A DNA stretch of 64,000 nucleotides from assembly GCA_963823035.1 (NCBI GenBank), contig CAWGKG010000004.1:256001-320000 (forward strand), read 5' to 3'. The notes beneath the pieces are model-generated. The model was not told the origin of the DNA. It did no database searches and saw only the letters and a list, made by a program, of their open reading frames with translations. The DNA is from an uncultured Gemmatimonadales bacterium. GTDB lineage: Bacteria; Gemmatimonadota; Gemmatimonadetes; Longimicrobiales; Gaopeijiaceae. The position numbers were made by a program, and so were the translations under genes. Below are positions 10,819 to 21,207 of the stretch, one piece after another (positions within the stretch are counted from its first letter, which is position 1; each line of letters starts with the position of its first letter).

Positions 10819-11070
10819 CTAGAACTCGTCCAGCGTGGACACCATCACGTCGGGGTGGCCCGAGCCGCTGACGGCCACGCGCACGGTCCACGGGCGGCAG
10901 CAGATCTCGCAGTCCTCGACGTACTCCTGGTAGGCGCCTCCCGTGGTGTCCACCAGGAGCTCCACCGCCTCGCCGCAGTACGGGCACGACACCCAGGCAG
11001 CGTCGTCGATCCCCGCGTCGATGGGGTCCTCGTCGTCCCACCCGTCCGTCACCGCTTCGAACCCGTTCAT
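10819..11070 (-). CDS. CPXCG-motif cysteine-rich small protein
   Basis: MNGFEAV...SCPYCGE...QEYVEDCEICCRPW (83 aa), preceded by an RBS-like GGAG. Confidence 0.85.
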   Translation of the reverse strand: MNGFEAVTDGWDDEDPIDAGIDDAAWVSCPYCGEAVELLVDTTGGAYQEYVEDCEICCRPWTVRVAVSGSGHPDVMVSTLDEF

Positions 11071-11189
11071 GCTCTCTTCTCCCGGGGGCAGACCGAGTCG
11101 GGGCTGCCGGATGCGTCCATGTCTTGCGAGTAGACACGGGAGTGGCAAGAAGTGCTCTGGCAGCCGCCGTCGGGCGCGGCCGCGCCGCG

Positions 11190-13817
11190 TCAGCGCCCGG
11201 GTCCGAGGAGGACGGCGTTCATGAACAGCAGCATGGTCGCCTCGGTGTAGGCCCGGTAGTTCGGATCCTCCGCGAACGCCACGATCTGCCCGCGACCCAC
11301 CGGCTGGTGGATCAACCAGGCCTTGTTCGCGAGCTGCGGCTTCGCCTCCTCCCACACCGTTCCGCTGAGCACCAGGGCGTCCAGGTCGGCGTAGTGCCCC
11401 ACGTTCGTGCCGCGGTCGAGCTGGATGGGCGTGAAGACGCGGGTGCTCTCCGCGAACGTGCCGATCTCGCCGTCGGTGCCGGCCGCGAGCCAGTGGTCCG
11501 TGTCGAGGATCGTGCGCAGGATCGCGCCGGGCACCGGCTCGGGCGCCTCGTCCCCGGGTGCGATCGCCTCGAGGTAGTCGATCGGCTGGTCGGGCGTGGA
11601 CTTCTTCGGCGCGTCGTCGCCTTCGGCCCGGCCGCCCCGGCGCTCCGTATGGGTGGCGAGCAGCCCCACCCCCTCCTCCGTGGCCCAGCGCGAAGACTCG
11701 CCGAGCGTGACGAGCGTGCCTCCGTCCCTCATCCATCCCTGGAGGCGATCGACCAGGCCACGGCCGACCACGCCCGCGTAGTTGCCGCTCGGGAAGATCA
11801 CGACGTCGTACTCCGCGAGCACCACGCGACCGAGGCTCGCCGCGCGTACGGCCGTGACGGGCTGGCCGTAGCGGCGCTCGAGGGCGTAGCGGGCCCATCC
11901 CACCGAGAGGCTCGAGCCGGGCGCGTCGTAGACGAGCAGGACGCGCGGCGCGCGCAGCGAGCGCGTACGCCCGCTCCCGAGCGATGTGCCCACGCGGATG
12001 TACGAGTCGTCGACCGGCACGACCTCCGCGCCGTGGCGGGCGGCGATCTCCCCGAGGCGGCCGGCCAGATCCGGCCCGTTGTCCGACACGCGCACGATCG
12101 CCGTGCCGACACCGTACTTCCGGTCTCCCAGCGTGAAGTCGCCGCCGGAGGAGCGGATGCGGATCCCTGCGCGCAGCGCCTCCGCCACGGTGGCGGCGGC
12201 CTCGACGCCCCACGGGAGGAGGTAGCCGACCGTCGCGCTCGGCAGGGCGCCGCCAGGGGTGGGTGGCTCCACCACCACGGGTGCCCCGCGGGCCCCGGTG
12301 GCGCGGGCCACCGGAAGGGCCTCGACGTCCCAGAGGAGCGATTGGCTCCACGCGGTCACGTCGTAGATCTCGTCGCGCTCGCGGTTGGCGCGCCGCTGGA
12401 CCTGGCGCCGGATGAAGGCGCTGTCCATGGGCACGTTGGTGTCGAGGAGGATGTGGGCCATGCGCGAGTCCGGCTGGTCCAGCGGGACGACGTACGTTCC
12501 CGCCGCCGCGAGCGTGCGGCCTTCGACGCGCACGGGTCCGGGTGCCTCGAAGACCTCCACCCCGTTCCGGACGAGAAGGCGGGCCAGGCGGGCGGAGAGG
12601 CCGGGGTCGTGGGCGGTCAGGACGTACTCGGCCGGCCCACCGGGCACCCCGCGCACGCCGTCGCGCCGGAAGGCGAGCCAGTCGCGCAGGATGCGCTCCC
12701 GGTTGCGCGCGGCGGTCACCATCGTCTGGATGGCGGCCGTGAAGTGGTGGGTCACGCCGTCGCCGTAGGTCATGAGGTCCCCGTCGTCCCGGCGCAGCAC
12801 GAGCGCGCGCGGCGACGCCTGCTCGTAGGTCATGCCGAGCGCGCCGTGGGACATGGGCCACATGTCCACGTAGCCGGGATAGAAGAGGTCGTAGGTGTCC
12901 CGGTTGAAGTAGGCGAACCCACGGCGATCGAACGCGGCCGCGTTGGCCGCGCCGAACACGTCCATGAGGCCGATCTGGGCCGGCGTGAACCAGGGGTTGG
13001 CGGGTGGCGCCGTGGGCGGGAAGAAGTAGGTGGAGTTGCCGCTCATCTCGTGGAGGTCGGCCACGACCTGGGGGTGGTACGCAAGCATGACGCCCACCTT
13101 CCCCCGCGTCTCCGGCTGGCTCTGGATGAAGAGGTCCCGGTTGAGGTCGAAGAGGTAGTGGTTGCCGCGACCGCCGGGCCACGGCTCGTCGTGCTCGGCG
13201 GACCAGGTTGCCGCGTCGGGCCAGCGCGCCTGGGCGACCTGGTTCTGGTAGACGAAGCGGTTGCGTCCGTCCGGATTCTCCATCGGGTCGATGAGCACGA
13301 GGCTCTCGCGCAGCACCATGTCGACGTCCGCGTCTCCCCGGGCGGCGAGCAGGTGGTAGGCCTCGGCCATCCCGGCGCCGTTCGAGCTGATCTCGTTCCC
13401 GTGGATCCCGTGCAGGATCATCGTCACCACCGGGAGGTCGGCCAGCAGCCGCTCCGCATCGGCATCCGTGAGGCCGCGCGGGTCCGCGAGGCTGTCGAGC
13501 CCGGCCCGGACGGCTTCCAGCCTCGCGATGCGCTCGGTGGAGCCGACCACCAGCACGACGAGCGGTCGGCCCTCCCAGCTCTCCGCGTAGCGGATCAGGC
13601 GCGTGCGCTCGGGCGCGGCCTCGTGCAGCGCCTCGAAGTACCGGACGATCTGGTCGGGCGTGGTGACGCGCTCGCGGAACGCGTGGCCGACCACCTGCTC
13701 GAGCGTGGGGATCGCCGGGTCGTAGCGAACCCCCGGCGCGAGGGGTTGGTCTCGCGCTGGGATCTGCGGAAGGGGTTGGGTCTGGAGGAGGGCGGCGAGG
13801 GCGAAAGCGGCGAGCAT
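11190..13817 (-). CDS. Secreted M14-family zinc carboxypeptidase
   Basis: Signal peptide, HGIHGNE (HxxE), NPDGR, GRGNHYLFDLNRD, DLHEM and a long C-terminal extension. Confidence 0.9.
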   Translation of the reverse strand: MLAAFALAALLQTQPLPQIPARDQPLAPGVRYDPAIPTLEQVVGHAFRERVTTPDQIVRYFEALHEAAPERTRLIRYAESWEGRPLVVLVVGSTERIARLEAVRAGLDSLADPRGLTDADAERLLADLPVVTMILHGIHGNEISSNGAGMAEAYHLLAARGDADVDMVLRESLVLIDPMENPDGRNRFVYQNQVAQARWPDAATWSAEHDEPWPGGRGNHYLFDLNRDLFIQSQPETRGKVGVMLAYHPQVVADLHEMSGNSTYFFPPTAPPANPWFTPAQIGLMDVFGAANAAAFDRRGFAYFNRDTYDLFYPGYVDMWPMSHGALGMTYEQASPRALVLRRDDGDLMTYGDGVTHHFTAAIQTMVTAARNRERILRDWLAFRRDGVRGVPGGPAEYVLTAHDPGLSARLARLLVRNGVEVFEAPGPVRVEGRTLAAAGTYVVPLDQPDSRMAHILLDTNVPMDSAFIRRQVQRRANRERDEIYDVTAWSQSLLWDVEALPVARATGARGAPVVVEPPTPGGALPSATVGYLLPWGVEAAATVAEALRAGIRIRSSGGDFTLGDRKYGVGTAIVRVSDNGPDLAGRLGEIAARHGAEVVPVDDSYIRVGTSLGSGRTRSLRAPRVLLVYDAPGSSLSVGWARYALERRYGQPVTAVRAASLGRVVLAEYDVVIFPSGNYAGVVGRGLVDRLQGWMRDGGTLVTLGESSRWATEEGVGLLATHTERRGGRAEGDDAPKKSTPDQPIDYLEAIAPGDEAPEPVPGAILRTILDTDHWLAAGTDGEIGTFAESTRVFTPIQLDRGTNVGHYADLDALVLSGTVWEEAKPQLANKAWLIHQPVGRGQIVAFAEDPNYRAYTEATMLLFMNAVLLGPGR

Positions 13818-13967
13818 CGGGGGCTCCGCGGGTCTCGGAAGCGAGGGTTCGATCGGCAGGGGCGGGAGAATAACCTCCGGACCCTGCCGACGCCCCCCGC
13901 GGGGGGACCTTTCGGCGCCTCTCGATGCTATCATTGTCGCCGGACAACCGTGGAACAGGAGCTCGCG

Positions 13968-15188
13968 TTGAGATCTGTCTCGTTCGCACTCGTAGCATCG
14001 ATCGTCGCCCTGGCCCATGCCCCCGCGCTCGGGGCCCAGGACACGCCGCCGCCCGCGCTCACCGAGGTCGAGAACGCGCGGTCGCGCACCTGCGTGGGCG
14101 CACTGGACCGACTCGGCGACCTCAACATGCGGCTGGAGCCGCTGGGGCGGCGGGCCAACAGGCTGCGCGTGCTGAGCCAGGCCATCGCGCTGGAGGACTC
14201 GACCCAGGCCGCACCCTTCCGGACGGACGACCCGGTCGAGGCTGCCGTGCAGGCGTGGTTCCAGCAGGACCAGGAGCTGGGCCGCCGCCTTGCGGAGGCC
14301 GGGGACTCGACCCTCGCCCCGCAGCGGGCGGAGGCGAAGGCGGCGGTTCGCCAGCGCCTCCAACAGGACATGGACAGCCTGCGCACGAAGGCCGACGCCG
14401 AATCCAAGGACGCGCCTGAGATCCAGGCGGCCGCCATGCCCTGTCAGGGCGCGGTGCTCGTGCGGCCGGCCGTCATGGAGGAGTGCCGTGCCACCTCCAG
14501 TGACAGCCAGGTTTGCGCGGCCGCGGCGGACACGACCCAGAACGCGCTCTTCCGCTTCGTGAACGCGGCGAACGACCTCTGGAACATCGAGGAGCTTCGG
14601 CCCTGGTCCGATCCCGGGCCGCTGCAGGTGGCGCAGGACGGCTCGCTCGTGGGCGCGCGCACGGCGGCGCGCTCACGGCTGGGCAACGTGGTGGTCGCGG
14701 TGGCGCTCGCCCCGCTGATCCGCGAGCGGACGCAGGTGGACTCCGCGCAGGCCGCCGAGTTCGACGCCAACCTCGACTCGCTCGGCTTCACCTTCGACGT
14801 GCCGCGCTTCATCATGGCGCCGGCGCTCGAGGTGCAGGCCAACCTCCCGGCCCCGCTGGGTGGGGAGACGCACTACCTCCTCCATTTCGGGGAGCCGGAC
14901 GCGCCGCAGATCGTGTGGAGCGTGCCCGCCGACTCCGGCGGCATGGTCCAGGCGGTGATCCCGCTCACGGGCGACGACCTCAACAAGCTCCAGGCCGGCG
15001 AGCCGCTCAGCCTCACGGCGGTCAGGATGGCCGGACCCCCGGAGGAGGGAAAGCCGCCGCAGGCGGAGTTCGTGTACAGCCTGAGCCTGATGCAGATCGG
15101 CGAATCGCGCGCGACCACGGCGCTGCTCGACTACATGGCGCACGGCCAGCTCGCGGAGGACCTGAAGCGGATCACCTCGGCGGGGTAG
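13968..15188 (+). CDS. Secreted hypothetical protein
   Basis: TTG start after AGGAG, signal peptide ending ALGA|QD, four Cys residues, GC3-rich codons, intact frame. Confidence 0.7.
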   Translation: MRSVSFALVASIVALAHAPALGAQDTPPPALTEVENARSRTCVGALDRLGDLNMRLEPLGRRANRLRVLSQAIALEDSTQAAPFRTDDPVEAAVQAWFQQDQELGRRLAEAGDSTLAPQRAEAKAAVRQRLQQDMDSLRTKADAESKDAPEIQAAAMPCQGAVLVRPAVMEECRATSSDSQVCAAAADTTQNALFRFVNAANDLWNIEELRPWSDPGPLQVAQDGSLVGARTAARSRLGNVVVAVALAPLIRERTQVDSAQAAEFDANLDSLGFTFDVPRFIMAPALEVQANLPAPLGGETHYLLHFGEPDAPQIVWSVPADSGGMVQAVIPLTGDDLNKLQAGEPLSLTAVRMAGPPEEGKPPQAEFVYSLSLMQIGESRATTALLDYMAHGQLAEDLKRITSAG

Positions 15189-15236
15189 AGGCCGGGGCGC
15201 GTCCCCACATCGGCCGGAGCGGGCGGGGGTGTTAGG

Positions 15237-16809
15237 TTGATCGACCCCATCCCTCCCGATCCACCGACGTCCGCCGTGCACCAGCCCGCCGACCCGCTCC
15301 GCGTTCTCCGCGACGTCTTCGGCTTCGAGTCCTTCCGCCCCGGCCAGCGCGAGGTGATCGACGCCGTGCTGGCAGGGTCGCGACTGCATCGCGGTCATGC
15401 CGACCGGTGCGGGGAAGTCGCTCACCTATCAGCTCCCCGCGCGCATCCTGGAGGGGACGGTCCTGGTGATCTCCCCCCTGATCAGCCTCATGAAGGATCA
15501 GGTGGACGCGCTGCGCGCCTTCGGATTCCGCGCGGTCGAGATCAACTCGACCCTCGCCCTCGAGGAGCGGCAGGCGCGACTCGCCGGCCTGCGCCGGGGC
15601 GCGTACGAGCTCGTGTTCCTCGCGCCGGAGGCGCTCGACGGGCGGCTGCGCGACTTCGTGCAAGGGTGCCCGATCTCGCTCCTGGTCGTGGACGAGGCCC
15701 ACTGCATCAGCCAGTGGGGGCACGACTTCCGCCCCTCCTACCGACGGCTCGAGGGGTTGAAGACGGGGCTGGACGTCCCGGTGCTGGCGCTCACCGCCAC
15801 GGCAACGCGTGCGGTGGCGCGTGACATCCTGCGCCAACTCGGCATGAAGAGGCCCGCCGGCTACAAGGGCTCCTTCTTCCGCGCCAACCTGCACGTGCGC
15901 TGCCGCAAGAAGGGCTCCGGCAACACGCGCAAGGAGATCCTCGCGCTCGTGCGCCGCCGCGCCGGCGAGAGCGGGATCGTCTACTGCCTGAGCCGCCGCG
16001 GCGTCGAGCAGACCGCGGAGTTCCTGCGCCAGAGCGGCGTGCGGGCCGTGCCCTACCACGCCGGCCTCCCCGACGAGGAGCGCCACGCCAACCAGGAGGC
16101 CTTCCAGCGGGACGACGTGGACGTGGTGGTCGCGACCGTCGCCTTCGGGATGGGGATCGACAAGTCCAACGTCCGTTTCGTGATCCACCGGGACATGCCG
16201 AAGGATGTGGAGTCGTGGTACCAGGAGATGGGCCGCGCCGGCCGCGACGGCCTGGAGAGCGACTGCACGCTCTTCTACTCGTGGGCGGACGTGAAGCTGC
16301 ACGAGCGCTTCCTCTCGGAGATCGACGACCCGGAGCTGTGGCGCGCCAAACGGCAGGGGACCGTCGCGCTCTTCGAGCTCCTGGAGTCGGGGCGGTGCAG
16401 GCACCAGGCGGTCTTGCGGCACTTCGACGAGGAGATGGCGCCGTGCGGCGCGTCGTGCGACGTGTGCACCGGCGTCGGCGCGGAGGACCTGGCCGCCGAG
16501 ACGATGATGGCGCGACGCTCGGTCGGCGGGCGACGCGCCGCGGTGTCCGCCCACGTGCGGTCCACCGTCGGGCCCGGGGACGTGCTGTCGGGCGCGGACG
16601 GAGCGCTCTTCGAGCGGCTGCGCGCCCTGCGCAAGGAGCTGGCGGACGGGCAGGGCGTGCCGGCCTACATCGTCTTCAGCGACAAGGTGCTCAAGGAGAT
16701 GGCCGCGCGGCGGCCCGCCACGCCCGCTCAGCTCCTGGAGGTTCCCGGCGTGGGCCCGGCGAAGCTCGAACGGTACGGGCGGGCCTTCCTCGAGGCGCTC
16801 GGCGCGTAG
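15237..16809 (+). CDS. recQ: RecQ ATP-dependent DNA helicase (frameshift near 15375)
   Basis: [51 protein letters not shown], Zn-binding cysteines and a C-terminal HRDC domain. Confidence 0.95.
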
Positions 16810-16810
16810 C

Positions 16811-17302
16811 CTACTTCTGCTCGTCGGCCGACGGGCCGTACATCCCCGGCACGGGCACGTCCAGAAGCCGCAGGTACACGGTCAGTTGCGCCCTGTGGTG
16901 GATGAGGTGGCTCATCACGAACGAGCGGAAGATGTCCGACCGCGGTTGCGTGAACCACACCTGATCCCCGGACCGCAGCGTCCAGTCCACCTTCATGTCG
17001 TCGGCGCTCGTCTTCTCGAGCACCGACCGCGCGTTCGACACCGCCTCATCGAAGTGCTTCAGGATGTCCTCGCGGTTCGTCGGGAGCGTACGATCGAACG
17101 GCTGATCGAGGTCCAGCTCGGTGGTGGTGAGGGTGATGGAGGTCCACGTGGGGATATTGGCCACGTGCGCCGCGAGATCGTGCAGGCTGAACGACTTCTC
17201 GTGCGGCTTGAAGTCCAGCTTGCCGTCCGGCACCCGCTCCAGTGCCTTGCGCGTGTTGGCCATCTCCTGGTCGAATTCGGGCAGCAGCGTCGTTCCGTTC
17301 AT
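16811..17302 (-). CDS. DinB family protein
   Basis: EFDQEMANTRKALERVP, KPHEKS, H..HHRAQLTVYLRLLDVPVPGMYGPSADE. Confidence 0.9.
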   Translation of the reverse strand: MNGTTLLPEFDQEMANTRKALERVPDGKLDFKPHEKSFSLHDLAAHVANIPTWTSITLTTTELDLDQPFDRTLPTNREDILKHFDEAVSNARSVLEKTSADDMKVDWTLRSGDQVWFTQPRSDIFRSFVMSHLIHHRAQLTVYLRLLDVPVPGMYGPSADEQK

Positions 17303-17457
17303 CCTTGTCGTCCTCGTCGTCACGGTGGATGGAGATCGGGGGACCAAATAAAAACCGAAACCGGCCTGATCGCAAGACTTTTCGACGGGCGTTTCGCGCG
17401 ACCTTGCCTGGGCGGCTCCGGTGTGGCCTCTTGATCCGTCCACACCCCGGAGGCCCC

Positions 17458-18999
17458 ATGCGACGCGCGACGCTCCTCCTCCCTCTGCTCCTCACGGTCA
17501 CGGCCTGCTCGGCGGGGCCCCCCGACCACGCCCCGTTCCGTGTCGCCGTGGCGAAGTTCCAGCACGAGACGTGCACGTTCTGTCCCGGTGGCGACGTGAC
17601 CGTCGAGGACTGGACTCGGCTGGGCCCACCCCTCTCCGGCGACGACCTCTTGCGCTCGGACGGGTTCATCCGCGGCTTCGTCCTGCAGGCGACGGACTAC
17701 GGAGACATGGAGCTGGTGGGGCTCACCTCGCCGGACGAGGTGTTCGGAGGCTCGTCCCGAGCGTGGAGCACGAAGGAGACCTTCGAGCACTTCCTCGACG
17801 GGATGATCGAGGAGCTGCGGGCGGCGATGCCCGTGGACGGAGTCTATCTCGCGCTGCACGGCGCGATGGGCGTGCGTGACGTCCCGAGGCCCGAAGCGGA
17901 GATCGCGCGCCGCTTCCGTGAGGTCGTGGGCCCGCACGTCCCGATCGCCGCCACCTTCGACCTGCACGGCAACGAGGACGCGGAATTCCTGCGTCAGGCC
18001 GACTTCTCCTTCGTGACCAAGCGCTATCCCCACTACGACGCGGGGCTGCAGGGCCAGCGCGCCGCCCGGGCGCTGCACCGGGTCATGAGCGGCACCTACA
18101 CGCCCACTGCGGCCACCAGGAAGCCCGGTGTGATCACGCCCACGGTCCTGCAGTGGACGGGCGCCTCGCCGTCGATGGAGATCATGGAGCGGGCGCGCCG
18201 GTGGGAGGCGCGCGAGCCGGACGCCTTCGTGAGCGTCTTCTACGGCTTCCCGTGGACCGACGTCCCGGACGTGGGGGCGACCGTGCAGGTCATGACGAAC
18301 GGCGACCAGGCGCTCGCCGACCGCATCGCGGACGACATGAGCGACTTCATCTGGCGCGTGCGCGAGCCGTTCGCGAACGGGAGGCTGCCGCTGCCCGACG
18401 AGGCAGCGCGTATCGTGCGCGGCGCCATCCGTGACGGGCGCGTGCCCGTGGCCGTCGGCGACCACTCCGACCGCCCGGGGGACGCGACGCACATCCTGCG
18501 CGCCTTCGAGGCCGCCGGTATCGACAAGGTGCTGTACGGCGCGATCACCTCACCGGCCGTTCTCGACGGCCTGCGCGCCCGCGGCGCCCAGGCCGGCGAC
18601 GCCTTCGACATGGCGGTGGGCGGCACCACCGAATCGGGCGGAGAGCCCTATCCGATCGAGGGGACCGTGGTCTGGGTGGGGCCGTGGGCGGGCTACGACT
18701 ACACGGCGGCGGTGGCCTTCGGCGCCGGCAACCTGGTCGTGCTCGTGCCGGCCTACACGCAGATCACCGATCCGGGGGGCTTCGCCTTCGGCCCGGTGGA
18801 CCCGGCCGACTACGACGTCTTCGTGGTGAAGTCCCGCGTGCACTTTCGTCGCGGCTTCGACGAGACCGGCTTCGCGAAGACGATCGTGGTGGTGGAGGCT
18901 CCCCGGCCGTACGTGGGCACGACCTATCTCGACGCCCTGCCGTACGAGCACGCCGACCTCACGCGGCTCTATCCGTACGGGACGCCCGAAGGTCGCTGA
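17458..18999 (+). CDS. M81 (MlrC-like) metallopeptidase, probable lipoprotein
   Basis: Lipobox VTAC, HETCTF, LALHGAM, TFDLHGN, YPHYD and VVKSRVHFR. Confidence 0.85.
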   Translation: MRRATLLLPLLLTVTACSAGPPDHAPFRVAVAKFQHETCTFCPGGDVTVEDWTRLGPPLSGDDLLRSDGFIRGFVLQATDYGDMELVGLTSPDEVFGGSSRAWSTKETFEHFLDGMIEELRAAMPVDGVYLALHGAMGVRDVPRPEAEIARRFREVVGPHVPIAATFDLHGNEDAEFLRQADFSFVTKRYPHYDAGLQGQRAARALHRVMSGTYTPTAATRKPGVITPTVLQWTGASPSMEIMERARRWEAREPDAFVSVFYGFPWTDVPDVGATVQVMTNGDQALADRIADDMSDFIWRVREPFANGRLPLPDEAARIVRGAIRDGRVPVAVGDHSDRPGDATHILRAFEAAGIDKVLYGAITSPAVLDGLRARGAQAGDAFDMAVGGTTESGGEPYPIEGTVVWVGPWAGYDYTAAVAFGAGNLVVLVPAYTQITDPGGFAFGPVDPADYDVFVVKSRVHFRRGFDETGFAKTIVVVEAPRPYVGTTYLDALPYEHADLTRLYPYGTPEGR

Positions 19000-19109
19000 G
19001 GGGGTACGAATCCCCACAGCCGCGCGGGGAGTCTGCCCGATTCCGGGAACGGGGCGCCGTCGCGAATGTGAGGGGTAGATCGTCCCCGCCACGACGGGAG
19101 GCACCGCCC

Positions 19110-20189
19110 ATGACGTCCCTTCCCGCGGTGACCGAAGCCCGCTTCCAGGGTCTCGGCCGCCTGATCGGAAACACCCCGCTGCTGTCCGTGGACTACACCT
19201 TCCGCGGAAGCCGGCGGCGCATCTTCGCCAAGAGCGAGAACCTGAACATGACGGGGAGCGTGAAGGACCGGATGGCGCTCCACCTCCTGCGTCGGGCCCA
19301 CGAGACGGGCGCGCTGCAGCCGGGCGCGGTGATCGTCGAGGCCGCGCAGGGCAACGTGGCGATCTCTCTGGCGGCGGTGGGGCGGGCGCTGGGCCATCCC
19401 GTCGCCCTCTTCATGCCGGACTGGATGAGCTCGGAGCGCATGAGCCTGGTGCGCTCGTACGGCGCATCGATCTACCCGATCGGCGAAGAGGGTGGGGGCT
19501 TTCTCGGGGCGGTGGGGCGCGCGGAGGAGTTGGTCGGCCATTCGCCCGGCTCCTTCCTTCCGCGGTCGTTCGCCAACGACGACAACTGCGCGGCGCACGA
19601 GGCCACGACCGGGCCCGAGATCCACTGGCAGCTCGGAGCGCACGGCCTCGCGCCGGACGCCTTCGTCGTCGGGGTCGGCACGGCCGGGACCGTCATGGGG
19701 GTGGGTCGGTACCTCGTCGCGCACCATCCGGAGGTGCGCATCCATCCGGTCGAGTCCTCCAACGCGCCCATGCTGTCGAAGGGGAAGCCGATCGGGCGCC
19801 ACCGGGTTCCGGGCTTCTCCGAGGAGTTCATGCCGCCGCTGCTGGACCTCACCGCTCTGGACCACGTCGTGGCGGTGGACGATGGCGACGCGATCCTCAT
19901 GGCGCAGAAGCTGGCGTGCACGCTGGGCCTCGGCGTCGGCATCAGCTCCGGTGCGAACTTCCTCGGCGCCGTGCTCGTCCAGGACCTCCTCGGCAGCGAC
20001 GCGGTCGTGACGACGCTCTTCCCGGACACCAACCGCCTGTACCTCTCCACGGACCTGTTCCGGGAGGAGCCGGCCGGGAAGGAGCACCTGGCGCCCTGGA
20101 TCGAGCTGGAGGGGTTCACGGCCATCAACCGCGCGTGCCCCGCCTGCGACACGTCGGCGGAGCTGGTGCGCCTGGCGGCCGGGATCTAG
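19110..20189 (+). CDS. Cysteine synthase (fold-type II PLP) family protein with atypical substrate loop
   Basis: IGNTPL, NMTGSVKDRMA (PLP Lys), HEATTGPEI, GVGTAGT and GISSGAN. Confidence 0.85.
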   Translation: MTSLPAVTEARFQGLGRLIGNTPLLSVDYTFRGSRRRIFAKSENLNMTGSVKDRMALHLLRRAHETGALQPGAVIVEAAQGNVAISLAAVGRALGHPVALFMPDWMSSERMSLVRSYGASIYPIGEEGGGFLGAVGRAEELVGHSPGSFLPRSFANDDNCAAHEATTGPEIHWQLGAHGLAPDAFVVGVGTAGTVMGVGRYLVAHHPEVRIHPVESSNAPMLSKGKPIGRHRVPGFSEEFMPPLLDLTALDHVVAVDDGDAILMAQKLACTLGLGVGISSGANFLGAVLVQDLLGSDAVVTTLFPDTNRLYLSTDLFREEPAGKEHLAPWIELEGFTAINRACPACDTSAELVRLAAGI

Positions 20190-20195
20190 GGACCG

Positions 20196-20966
20196 CTAGC
20201 CCGGCGGAAGCTCCGCCGGGGTCTCGGTGCCCGCGAGGGATGACTCGGCCACGGCCGCGGCGACCTCGTCGGCCACCCGCTCGACCAGCGTCGTCAGGAC
20301 CGCGCGACGCCTGCGCACGATCACGCGGTAGATCTGGCGAGCGGTGACGAGCGCAAGGCCGACCATGCCGATGGGGCACGCCACGGCGAAGAGCGTGGAT
20401 CCGAGCACCTCGAGGCCTACGGACGTACCCAGGGCGACCCCGAGGCCCGCGCCCATGCCCCAGGTCGTTCCCACGAAGAGCCCCGTCGCCGCCCGGTGGA
20501 GACGCTCCTCCGCGCGGATGTGCGTCTCTCCGTTGCGGGAGCTCACCACGACCTGCAGCGACCGGCTCTTCTGCGCGGTCTCGGCCTGCCACGTGAGCGT
20601 GTGCCCCAGGAGGCTGGGCTGACCGTGGGCGTGGGCCACCCCCTGGACGGCCGCCAGCACCCGCTCGAAGCCTTCTTCCCGGAGCTCCCCGGGCACCACG
20701 GCCTGACGGACCAGCGTGACCTTCTCCCCGATGAGGTGCTCCCAACCCTCCGCACCGCCGCCGGACTCCATCTCCGCGGCGGCCCTGCGGAGATGCTGCG
20801 GGTCGATGCCCGCCTCGGCGGCGATCTCCTCCAGCTCCTCCAGGGAGAATCCGCCGCTGGGGTTCGCGCGCACCGGATCCTCGCGCTGAAGCTCGGTGGC
20901 TCGCTCGAGGAGCTTGCCCACCTCCTTCTCGTCGTAGAGTCTGGGTCGTCGAGACGGTTCGGACAT
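20196..20966 (-). CDS. Hypothetical membrane protein
   Basis: N-terminal helical motif YDEKEVGKLLERATELQ...SLEELEEIAAEAGID and two C-terminal hydrophobic segments. Confidence 0.75.
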   Translation of the reverse strand: MSEPSRRPRLYDEKEVGKLLERATELQREDPVRANPSGGFSLEELEEIAAEAGIDPQHLRRAAAEMESGGGAEGWEHLIGEKVTLVRQAVVPGELREEGFERVLAAVQGVAHAHGQPSLLGHTLTWQAETAQKSRSLQVVVSSRNGETHIRAEERLHRAATGLFVGTTWGMGAGLGVALGTSVGLEVLGSTLFAVACPIGMVGLALVTARQIYRVIVRRRRAVLTTLVERVADEVAAAVAESSLAGTETPAELPPG

Positions 20967-21207
20967 CGTCGATGGCAGCTCCGGGAAGGTCCCGGGGGCT
21001 GGGCCGGGCCCCCGGCAGGGGGAACAGGATCGCGCGTCTCATCCCATACGGACAGAGGGAGGGCTTTCGTCCCGACACCCGGGGCCTGACGGGCCCGCTG
21101 GCGGCGGGGACGGTCTCCGACGCAGACTAGGGCCGGATCGGTGCCAGCCGGGCCTGAGGGCTCGGTCGGCGCCGACGCATCCACCGCACCCTCCCGAGGA
21201 GCCACCA

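Noticed and set aside
11124..13967. 1354-aa plus-strand ORF and other very long overlapping ORFs (e.g. 10819-13998, 26398-28809, 37570-39882)
   Set aside because: These are antisense or alternate-frame shadows of real genes in high-GC DNA. At most the distal ends are coding (13968-15188; 10819-11070).
17458..18999. Microcystin degradation (mlr) cluster
   Set aside because: Only an MlrC-family homologue is present, with no adjacent mlrA, mlrB or mlrD.
19000..19109. SAM or other riboswitch upstream of the cysteine-synthase homologue
   Set aside because: No recognisable conserved riboswitch core; an Rfam/Infernal scan would be needed.
21060..21200. Short GGGCCTGA-containing hairpins in an intergenic region
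   Set aside because: Only two short imperfect copies, as expected by chance at this GC content.
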